Of a DNA stretch of 64,000 bases, positions 30,663-39,433 are shown in pieces. Every line of letters starts with the position of its first letter. The stretch's first letter is position 1. The notes beneath the pieces were generated by a model. That model saw only the letters and a program-made list of their open reading frames with translations, was not told the DNA's origin and made no database searches. The DNA lies in NCBI GenBank assembly GCA_965209155.1, contig OZ242383.1, positions 1,312,001-1,376,000 on the forward strand. The letters are read 5' to 3'. The stretch comes from a bacterium. Its GTDB lineage: Bacteria; SAR324; NAC60-12. Made by a program: the position numbers and the translations under genes.

Positions 30663-32145
30663 GGGTGTAATTAAAAGTGAGGGGCATTTCAATTAAGCCC
30701 TTTGAAGTTGTTGCCAATAACAATCCCATTTTCGATTGGCTCTTACCACCCTGAGTTGAATCATCTGATCGGCATGTTGTTTTTTCCACCAAGCACCAGG
30801 GAGTTTGAGCCGTTTTTGGATGAGGGAACGATGGGCGCTTTCAATTTTTCCAGAGCCGATAGGGAGTTGTTGATCAATAGCTGTTTTGTATTCAAACTGT
30901 CCGGGACGATTTTTCATGTAACGTACCAAAGCGCGAATGGGGGCCTTTTCATTGGGAATAGATTCGGATTCTTGCCTGGATATAAATTGCTCTAACACGC
31001 TGTCAGCTCCTCCTTTTTTCAAGATTTGCTTCTGCTTTTTCAGGAACGGTGAGCCGTCTTCAAAAGCGGCTTGGCAGGCTGCACCAAGATAATCACAGAG
31101 ATGATAAAAATCGATGAGATAGTTCGCCTGAGCGCCAAAATGAGTTTCGATTTTTTCACAGATCCAAGGGGCTCCATCCCCTAAAGCATGAATCTTCGTC
31201 TGCTTTCCCAGTCCCGCTTTAAGCGCGACCTCTTTCATTTGAAAACCCGCTTCATCTCTGCCGTTCAAGGTTCCAGCATAAATGGGGTCGACACTTCCTC
31301 GAGCATAGGCTAAGGAGGTAATCCCTTCTTTCCAACTCACTTGACGCGTTTTTCTGCGATCCCCCGTAAAAGTAGAGTCTGCCGTCTCTACCAGAGGCAC
31401 CATGGTGCCATCACTTTGCACAATCACCACCCCCGCCCCACTGGCCTCCCTGCTGGACTGCTGCTCTTCTTTCAGGGAGAAACATCTCTGACTGTGATGG
31501 AGGGTTCGCGCTCGAATACTGCTGGAAGGAATGTCAATGCCATAATGCTCCTTGAGTTTCTGGCTCGCTGCTGCAAAGGAGACATCGGCCCCAAAATCCA
31601 CCATCGCTCGCTGCAGAGGCTCTGAATAACCTTGGCACTGAACCCCAATCGAGGCACTCAAGGGTCTCTGTCTTTTTCCTCGCCGTCCTTCCCTGAAAAC
31701 AAGTTCTTCGATTCCAATGGGACCAAAGGTGCTGTGCCAATATATTTTTTTTTACCATCTCGGATCAGATCCGCTTTTTGAGAAGACTCTGCTTCTTTTA
31801 TATCGGACTGATGGCCCAACCAGCCTTGAAGCACTTCCTGACCTAATTTACACACTTCTTCAATCGTCCGCCTCTCAGCCTCATCGGCTGTTTGGCAACT
31901 CCCATCGTCATTTTCGATAATCCCCAGAATGGATTCCATCCGATGGCGCAGGTGAGGATATTTCGACAGCCGTTCTGCTAATGAAAAAGATGACTCGTCA
32001 CCTTCCCTTAGTTCTGAGTAACCTAAGCATTTAGACATTTTCAACTCCTGTTTGAAGGTCAATCATTCGAATACACTCCTACTTTCAAAATACTTAAAGC
32101 ACATGTCCAGCTATTTCTCTCTGCCCCACACTTTTAATTACACCC
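30663..32145 (-). mobile_element. ISKra4 family IS, apparently intact
   Basis: 24-bp IRs GGGTGTAATTAAAAGTG(A/T)GGGGCA; 9-bp TSD ATTTTACAT at 30654-30662 and 32146-32154. Confidence 0.9.
30693..32038 (-). CDS. ISKra4 (UPF0236) transposase, two ORFs joined by a -1 frameshift at the A9 run 31745-31753
   Basis: GDGAPWI, LIDFYHL, PIGSG.IESAHR, RLK..GAWW; shifted frame KKIYWHSTFG is continuous with 30693-31661. Confidence 0.85.
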
Positions 32146-32161
32146 ATTTTACATCAGGGGA

Positions 32162-32189
32162 TTGACATTGCATTTTATTGTGCTATAAT
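32162..32189 (+). promoter_or_regulatory. Consensus sigma70 promoter (repeat unit 3) facing SBP2
   Basis: TTGACA-16 nt-TATAAT with TGn. Confidence 0.7.
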
Positions 32190-32335
32190 GGTGCCTTCGT
32201 TAAGTTGTGTAAATGAAAGAGAGGGTTTCCGATCGATTGAACAATATCGTGGGAGGACGTGAAAACGATTGATCTTCCCCGGGAATCTTTTTTAAATGAT
32301 ATTGAACTAAACGGGTTTTTCAGAGACCTAAATAG

Positions 32336-32751
32336 TGTCTGGCAGAAAATTACAATTTTACAATAGGAGATGTAGAACTCGCGAGAATAGCCATTCTTGA
32401 ACAGGCCATATTTTAGAGAATTGAAGCTTTTTTTCTTTGAGATCCCCGTTTTTTTGTTAATCCTCTTTTTTTGGGCAAACCCCTCCCCTCTTATTATAGT
32501 TTGAGATCCAACTCGATGGCGGCAATGTCGACTTCGCCAAACTTCATCTGGGGGTCACGTATGGTGCGCATAAAATTTCAAATCTTGAAGATTTATGGAA
32601 AAACGAAAGAAACCACTCCGAAGATACTGTAACTGCAACGATTGACCCTTCATGCGAGGGGGCGCGCACTCGGGTTTTTTCAAATCTTCGCGTCACAAAT
32701 ATCAGTTTATCATCTTGATATAATTAATGAAAGACTTTTTTCTGCCAAACA
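32336..32751 (-). mobile_element. 416-bp internally deleted IS (MITE) inserted into an IS66-type IR
   Basis: IRs TGTYTGGCAGAAAA; flanking direct repeat CTAAATAG at 32328-32335 and 32752-32759; residual ORF 32571-32494 MRTIRDPQMKFGEVDIAAIELDLKL resembles ISNCY-type transposase N-termini. Confidence 0.8.
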
Positions 32752-32808
32752 CTAAATAGTTACGAAGTAGTTATGAAATGAACATTATCTTTATCGAGCA
32801 AGGTTCCT

Positions 32809-34824
32809 ATGTATCTTAAGAAATTTCTGGCCCGATTTGTTGGGCTGACCGTGGCAGGCGTCGTGTTTGCTGCGAAAATCCGATTCGCCCTGAGAAGGGT
32901 GAATCATTCCAAAAACCCTCAAATAAAAGAGGTAAATATGGGTTTTATAAAGAAAATTGTTGCCTCCATCGCGAGGCTGAACCCGGCAGGCTCTTTGTCT
33001 GCTATACAAAAACTTGTCCTCGTAAACTTGTCCCCGCGAAAGCGGGGAGCGGGGATGCAATCCTTGTTGCTCACCCTCATCCTGATGGTGGCCGCCTTTT
33101 GGGTCAGTCCGGCAGCCGCCCAGCAGTATGTGACGGACCCCGCCTCCGGCCTGACATGGACTGCGCCTCAGTATGGGGGAACATTCTCGTGGGCCCATAA
33201 GCAGTTTCCTAAGAGCACTGACCCGTATTCGGTTGGTGGCTGGGGGCCTCACTTCATCAGTGGCGTTAATGAGAAGCTAGCCTTCGGCGACTGGGCAGTA
33301 GACAGGAAAAAGGTGGTTGAGCTAGCCTGGACTTATTCGGGCCCAGAGATGTACAGAGGGGCTCTGGCTGAAAGCTGGGAAATGCCTGACGCCACAACGT
33401 TCATCTTCCACATCCGCCAGGGCGTTCACTGGCATGATAAGGCGCCGATGAACGGTCGTCAGTTTGATGCCGATGATGTGGTATTTAACTGGCACCGTTA
33501 TTTAGGTCAGGGCGATTTCACCGAAGAGGGACCTTCTCCCTTAGGTTATATAACTCAGGGTCTAGAGGATTCATCGGTAACGGCTACCGACAAATGGACG
33601 GTCGAGTTTAAGCTGGCGAAGCCTAAACCCGATATGTTGTTTGCAATGACCCACAACGCTAATTACATATTAGCCCCCGAGGTAATCGAGAAATACGGAG
33701 ACTATGCGGATTGGCGAAACGTGGTCGGCACCGGGCCCTATCGACTGACTGATCACGTCGAGGGCAGCTCGGCAACCTGGGAGAAGAATCCCAACTACTG
33801 GGGCTACGACGAAAAATTCCCGGAGAACCGCCTGCCCTATATTGACGTGTTAAGGTCCCTCCTTATACCAGACATTTCAGCACGTCTGGCGGCACTGCGC
33901 ACGGGTAGGATTGATATGATAAGTAATACCGGCGACGCTCAAATAACCAATATCGACCATATAACCAGTCTCCAGAAGAGCAACCCTGAACTCGAGTTCT
34001 GGCCCATTTACCGTCCATTGGGAGGTGATGTTTTTAACCAGTCTCTGCCGCCCTTTGACGACGTCAATGTGCGCAAGGCACTGCAGATGTCACTGGACCA
34101 CGAGACAATTGCCGCTACCTTCCTTAAGGGTTGGGGAGAGGTAAGCCCTCATGGGTTTATAGCTCAATCTTCTACAGGGTTTAACTGGCCATATGCAGAC
34201 TGGCCCGACGAGATTAAGGCAGAATATACCTATAATCCGGAAAGGGCCGAGGAACTCCTTGATGCGGCTGGATACAAGCGCGGCGCCGACGGCTATAGAA
34301 TGACGGTCAAGTTTGGCCATCACGCGAGGCAAGAACCGGACTATTCAGAAATCATATTGGCGTACTTCGACGCCATTGGCGTTAAAAGCGAGATGGTTAT
34401 GATTACTGACCCTGAGTTGCTACCATTCATCCAGGCGGACACGCACGAGTTCGTGACAAGTAATTGGGCGGGATATCCGCTAGCTGTCCCCGGCACGTAT
34501 GTATATTTGATAACACGTGGCCGTGGCGACAAGTATGGTGATAGTAGCTGGAGCAAAGCGATGGACCCGGAAATGGACGCCCTGATGGCCGGCATGGCGG
34601 ATGCTACCGAAGTGGAGGAGTGGATGAGCTATCATCGACAGATCGATGAGAAAACTGTGAGGGAGCACTGGGGCCTGGCTAGAGCCCAAGCCCCTAGTTT
34701 TAGCGTGACCCAGCCGTGGGTCGAGGGTTATGCCGGTGAATGGAGTCTGGGATACTCTGAACGTAATACCCACTTTGCCCGCATCTGGATTGACCAGGAG
34801 TTGAAGAAATCAATGGGGCATTAG
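32809..34824 (+). CDS. ABC family-5 substrate-binding protein SBP2 (alternative starts 32938, 33055)
   Basis: PQYGGT, LAESWEMPD, VVGTGPY, NPNYWG, LPYID, IWIDQ. Confidence 0.9.
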   Translation: MYLKKFLARFVGLTVAGVVFAAKIRFALRRVNHSKNPQIKEVNMGFIKKIVASIARLNPAGSLSAIQKLVLVNLSPRKRGAGMQSLLLTLILMVAAFWVSPAAAQQYVTDPASGLTWTAPQYGGTFSWAHKQFPKSTDPYSVGGWGPHFISGVNEKLAFGDWAVDRKKVVELAWTYSGPEMYRGALAESWEMPDATTFIFHIRQGVHWHDKAPMNGRQFDADDVVFNWHRYLGQGDFTEEGPSPLGYITQGLEDSSVTATDKWTVEFKLAKPKPDMLFAMTHNANYILAPEVIEKYGDYADWRNVVGTGPYRLTDHVEGSSATWEKNPNYWGYDEKFPENRLPYIDVLRSLLIPDISARLAALRTGRIDMISNTGDAQITNIDHITSLQKSNPELEFWPIYRPLGGDVFNQSLPPFDDVNVRKALQMSLDHETIAATFLKGWGEVSPHGFIAQSSTGFNWPYADWPDEIKAEYTYNPERAEELLDAAGYKRGADGYRMTVKFGHHARQEPDYSEIILAYFDAIGVKSEMVMITDPELLPFIQADTHEFVTSNWAGYPLAVPGTYVYLITRGRGDKYGDSSWSKAMDPEMDALMAGMADATEVEEWMSYHRQIDEKTVREHWGLARAQAPSFSVTQPWVEGYAGEWSLGYSERNTHFARIWIDQELKKSMGH

Positions 34825-34835
34825 AGCTTGATGGA

Positions 34836-35045
34836 TATCCCCCTTGGAAAAAGGGTCGTCCGCGTGATCCGCATTCGGGAAGGGGGGATTTTACAGCCTT
34901 TGAAATCCCCCGTGGCCTCCCTTTGCGAAAGGGGCCGTCCGCGTGATCCGCATTCGGGAAGCGGGGATTTTACAGCCTTTGAAATCCCCCGTGGCCTCCC
35001 TTTGCGAAAGGGGCCGTCCGTGTGATCCGCATTCGGGAAGCGGGA
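34836..35045. repeat. ~79-80-bp tandem REP-like repeat (about 2.5 copies)
   Basis: gtccg.gtgatccgcattcgggaag at 34857, 34937 and 35016. Confidence 0.85.
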
Positions 35046-35090
35046 ACATACGAGAATAGGGCTAAACTTGCGACTGATAAGGAGTGTGAG

Positions 35091-36101
35091 ATGAGAGCCT
35101 ATCTCATCAGGCGGTTATTGCTGATCATCCCCACCCTCTTTCTATTGACCATCATCGTCTTTCTCTCGGTGCGCTTCATCCCGGGCGATGTCATAGACGT
35201 ATTGATGGTTGAGATGTCAGCATGGCATGCCGTGGGTGAGGATATAAACCGCGAAACGCTTGAGCGTATGCTGGGACTGGACGTGCCGGTCTACGTGCAG
35301 TATGGACGCTGGATAGGAGTGTTGCCGACCCCTGACTGGAATACCGGTGAGTCCCACTTTAAAGGTCTCCTCCAGGGCACCCTTGGCAAACCACTGATTG
35401 GCGGTTTTTCTACGATAGACGAGATGATAATAGGTAGATTGCCAATAACCATTGAGCTTGGTTTCCTGGCGATCGTCATCGGGTTCTTGATAGCCCTGCC
35501 CGTCGGCATCTACTCGGCGATTCGCCGCAATACCGCCACCGACTACGTGGGACGCACCCTCGCCATCATCGGCCTGGCTACGCCGAACTTCTGGCTGGGC
35601 GTGATGGTGATGCTCTACCCGGCCCTCTGGTGGGGCTGGTCGCCCCCGATGGAGTATATCCTTTTTGTCGAAGACCCGCTGGGGAATCTCGGAATGCTCC
35701 TCATTCCCAGCCTGATTCTGGGGACGGCCATGTCTGCCGCCACCATGCGGATGACGCGCACGATGATGCTGGAGGTCTTAAGGCAGGACTATATCCGCAC
35801 CGCTTGGTCCAAGGGGCTCAAGGAGCGGGTGGTTGTCGTGAGACACACCATCAAAAATGCCCTCATCCCGGTCGTCTCTCTGATCGGCCTGCAGTTGCCG
35901 ATCCTGGTCGGAGGCGCCGTGATCATGGAGACCATCTTTAACCTGCCGGGGCTCGGGCGTCTCTTGGTGGATGCCCTCGAAAGCAGAGACTATCCGGTAG
36001 TCTCCGCAATAAACCTGATTTTTGCTTCTGCGGTTTTGGGGATCAATCTCATCATCGACCTGCTTTATGCTTTCCTGGACCCGAGGGTGCGGTATGAATG
36101 A
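35091..36101 (+). CDS. Peptide/nickel ABC permease (DppB/OppB-like) 1
   Basis: YLIRRLL, RLPITIELG, TPNFWL, VLRQDYIRTA.SKGL, LDPRVR. Confidence 0.92.
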   Translation: MRAYLIRRLLLIIPTLFLLTIIVFLSVRFIPGDVIDVLMVEMSAWHAVGEDINRETLERMLGLDVPVYVQYGRWIGVLPTPDWNTGESHFKGLLQGTLGKPLIGGFSTIDEMIIGRLPITIELGFLAIVIGFLIALPVGIYSAIRRNTATDYVGRTLAIIGLATPNFWLGVMVMLYPALWWGWSPPMEYILFVEDPLGNLGMLLIPSLILGTAMSAATMRMTRTMMLEVLRQDYIRTAWSKGLKERVVVVRHTIKNALIPVVSLIGLQLPILVGGAVIMETIFNLPGLGRLLVDALESRDYPVVSAINLIFASAVLGINLIIDLLYAFLDPRVRYE

Positions 36102-37032
36102 ACCCAAGCGACGGGGCCGGCTGGCTGCATTCTTGATCAGGCTGCTCAAGGAGCAGCCCCTGGGGACGGCCTGCGGGATAATCGTCTTGCTCTTCATTTT
36201 GGTGGCGCTCTTTGCCGATGCGCTGGCGCCTTATCCCTATAAGGAAATGCACCTGAGAGACCGGATGACGAGCTCCTCCCTAGAGTATCTGCTGGGGACC
36301 GACCAGATGGGACGAGACTTACTCAGCCGCCTGATCATCGGCGCTCGTATTTCCATAGTGGTCGGTCTGGCGGCGACCGCTCTAAATGTTGTCGTCGCTG
36401 TGCTGATCGGCGGCATTTCGGGATTCCTTGGGGGTAAATTGGACTTGGCGGTGCAGCGCTTTGTCGATGCCTGGATGGCCTTTCCGTCCCTGCTGCTCCT
36501 GCTGACCATCATGTCTATCGTGGGGCGGGGTCTGCCGCAGATCATCGTGGTGCTGGGGGTAATAGGGGGCATCGGTGCCTCGAGAGTTGTCCGGGGTGCC
36601 GTGATCGGCATCAAAGAGAATGATTATTTTCTGGCAGCCCGGGCCGTGGGCACCCCCAAGAGCCAAATCCTGATCCGCCATGTCCTGCCCAATATCATGG
36701 CGCCGGTCATCATCATCTTCTCGATCAATATCGGGGCGGTCATCCTGTCTGAAGCGTCGCTGAGCTTTCTCGGATTCGGTCTGCCACCGGACGTTCCCAG
36801 CTGGGGAGGTCTGCTCAGCCGGGAAGGGCGCAAGTACATGGAACAGGCCCCCTGGCTGGCGCTCTGGCCGGGGCTTTTCCTGACAATTGTCGTCTACTCC
36901 TTCAATATGTTCGGCGATGCCATGCGGGACTTGCTCGATCCCCGGCTGCGGGGCGGTCAGGGCAGTTACGGCGCTGCAGGAAAACGCAAACGCGGCTTCC
37001 TCGCCAGACTGATCAACCCCTTCAAATGGTAA
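36094..37032 (+). CDS. Peptide/nickel ABC permease (DppC/OppC-like) 1
   Basis: LLGTDQMGRD, GARIS, HVLPN, SFLGFG, GDA.RDLLDPR. Confidence 0.92.
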   Translation: MNEPKRRGRLAAFLIRLLKEQPLGTACGIIVLLFILVALFADALAPYPYKEMHLRDRMTSSSLEYLLGTDQMGRDLLSRLIIGARISIVVGLAATALNVVVAVLIGGISGFLGGKLDLAVQRFVDAWMAFPSLLLLLTIMSIVGRGLPQIIVVLGVIGGIGASRVVRGAVIGIKENDYFLAARAVGTPKSQILIRHVLPNIMAPVIIIFSINIGAVILSEASLSFLGFGLPPDVPSWGGLLSREGRKYMEQAPWLALWPGLFLTIVVYSFNMFGDAMRDLLDPRLRGGQGSYGAAGKRKRGFLARLINPFKW

Positions 37033-37182
37033 ATTCGCAAAAAATTGGTATCACGCTCGTCCTCTCTTTCACACATATTTCAATTAAGCACCTTTTCTAA
37101 AATCATCTCTGTTTTATCATTTCGCATAGTGCCTAATTGAGTAAATTATGTTTGAAATCGAACGTTGAGCTCTCCCGTTTTT

Positions 37183-37569
37183 TTACGATAAAACTTTAAC
37201 AGGATATTGATGAATTTTGTAATCGACTGTCACGATCGTTAAATTCTGCGATAGCGCCTGACACATGATCATTCGATCAAAAGGATCACGGTGCAATGAT
37301 GGTAATGTCGGTAGTTGTGAAATGTCCTCTTCGGTAAGCATTGCACTTTTAATCAAATGCTTTTCTCGTTGTTCTGGAATGTATCTTTCAGGAGGCTGAG
37401 GTAAAGGAAGTTTACCAAGCTGATATTTGACAATGATCTCCCATAGAGAAACAACACTCAATGACACGTCATTTTCTTGTAGACGAATCTCTTTTTGAAA
37501 TCTTTCGGATAATCGTTCATCTCCACTGACAAACCAAAGGAATATATGAGTATCTAACAAAAGTTTCAT
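37183..37569 (-). CDS. vapC: VapC/PIN domain toxin
   Basis: LLLDTHIFLW, SLWEI..K..LGKL, HRDPFDRM...QA. Confidence 0.92.
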   Translation of the reverse strand: MKLLLDTHIFLWFVSGDERLSERFQKEIRLQENDVSLSVVSLWEIIVKYQLGKLPLPQPPERYIPEQREKHLIKSAMLTEEDISQLPTLPSLHRDPFDRMIMCQALSQNLTIVTVDYKIHQYPVKVLS

Positions 37570-37805
37570 TTTCCCTCGAATTGTTGCATGACCTCCTCTG
37601 GCAAGGAGGCATCGAAATCGTCAGGAACAGAGAATTCCCCTTTACAGAGTCCTATCGGTCGTAATTCCATGCTTTTTTCTGAGAGTGGTATAATTTCTGC
37701 CATAGGCTTATTCGCTTTTAGGATAACAATTTTTTCTCCAGCTTCGACTCTTTGAAGCCAGCGAAGTATATCCCGTTTAATTTCTTCGATACGGACTGTT
37801 GTCAT
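37566..37805 (-). CDS. Phd/YefM-like antitoxin
   Basis: VEAGEKIVI.KANKP.A, RPIG..KG....PDDFDA.LP; overlaps vapC. Confidence 0.85.
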   Translation of the reverse strand: MTTVRIEEIKRDILRWLQRVEAGEKIVILKANKPMAEIIPLSEKSMELRPIGLCKGEFSVPDDFDASLPEEVMQQFEGK

Positions 37806-37825
37806 ATTGCTCTCCTTTTATTTTT

Positions 37826-38325
37826 CTAAAAGGTCTCGGAATACCGCCATTTTTCCAATTCCAAAACATGGACTGAGCAATGCTCCGATAATCGTTTTTG
37901 CTTCTCTTGATCCACCAGTTGGAAGTGATGATGACATGCCGGACTCTCGGGAATCAGGTTTTCAGTCAACATCCAAATGGAGATCACCGGACGTAATTCT
38001 GAGAATGGCTCCCCGCTTTGTAACTGGGACTGATAGATATCACTCCACGTATAGAGCATCCTCTCCGGAAAATAGGAAAAAACCGCCAATTGAATTTCTA
38101 TCTGATAGGCCGTCCCTTTTTCATCTTTGGCTTTCACATCGACAATCGTCAACTTGTCCGAATAAAACTCGCGTTCATTGTAGGGGTTGAGGATTTAGAC
38201 ATCCGAGATGGGAAACTGGGGTGCCAGGACAGCATGAGGAAATCAATCAGTAAGTTCTCATTTTTCTCTGCCCCCAAAATGGCCTTGTAGACACAATCGA
38301 CTGTCGGAGAAATGCGATGTTTCAC
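37826..38325 (-). pseudogene. Rpn family PD-(D/E)XK nuclease/transposase pseudogene
   Basis: ISPTVDCVYKAILG...LLIDFL, then a frameshift and stop, then IVDVKAKD...YQIEIQ...ERMLYTWS; C-terminus truncated. Confidence 0.8.
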
Positions 38326-38487
38326 CAGGATACTCCTCAAAGAAGGGAGCAGGAAAGCCCTTGTTTTCAATCAGTATATCAAAGCGTTTGGGCATGACAA
38401 GCCTCAATATCCTCTACCTTCAAAATAGAGAGGATAATGAAGGGGATAATGAAATCTACCGGGATATTGCCATCATCGTTCTTTTGT

Positions 38488-38767
38488 GATAGATTTCAAC
38501 GAAATCGCCTTGGGCTGAAGGTTTTTAAGAATGGTTGCTTGTTTTTCTATTTCTTTTTTGATAATTTTCTAAGAAATTGCCTAGGGCGGAAGGTTTTATT
38601 TCAATGTCGCTCCTGTTTATTGAACCGGAAGTCATCTAAAACCTCATATCCTCACCAGAGGATTTTTGAAACGGTCAACGGGGAATTGAACATTGCCAAA
38701 CAAAAATGTTGACTTCCGGATCTCAATATGAAAAAAAATTTTCGTTGATCATCAGAAGACACTCATG
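38488..38767 (+). repeat. Leader module B, copy 2
   Basis: Aligns with 27789-28108. Confidence 0.75.
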
Positions 38768-39011
38768 AACGAGTTGACCTATTCAAAAAAACCTTGACCA
38801 TCATTTGCAGAGCGATTATATAGTATTTAATTCCAGGGATGGAAGGGCAATAACGCGATCCTTCGCTTTGCTGCTCGGCAAACCGTCAGGATGACATGAA
38901 AATCTGAGATTAACCCGTTTCAAGTATAAAAAAATCTTGATAATGAGGTGGTTATGAGAGTAAACTTAAAAGCCAGCTCCCATAAAATAAGTTCCGAGCA
39001 CCTAGCTCCTG

Positions 39012-39180
39012 GTTCCCAATCCCAAGTTCTACCCCCTTATATTATCTCGACATCAGGGAGAGATCCTTAAGATTCCTTGTTCCAAGTTCCACGTTCCGGG
39101 AACGGAATGGCAATGGGGAATTTGGAAAATCATCGACGCCTGAGTGCGTCGGTTTATGGTTCATTGCCCCATCCTGGAGC
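39012..39180 (+). promoter_or_regulatory. Conserved leader module A (candidate cis-regulatory RNA), copy 1
   Basis: Aligns with 46594-46756, including an identical 27-nt block. Confidence 0.55.
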
Positions 39181-39433
39181 CAATGAATCGTTTTTTTGAT
39201 CACACCAAAATGAAGGAGACCCCATGTGTAGAGAAAACGTCGAGAACGTGCTTTCGGGAACGAAAGCAGGTTTCAAAGCAACCCGCAATCGTGTTTTTAA
39301 TCAAAAAGCAGAAAGGAGTACCATGAACCGTCAAAAAAGTAGAGAAATCGTCGAGAACGTGCTTTCGGGAATGAAGGCAGGTTTTCAAGCAATCCTTAAT
39401 TTTGTTTTTAATCATAAAAAAGAAAGGAATAAG

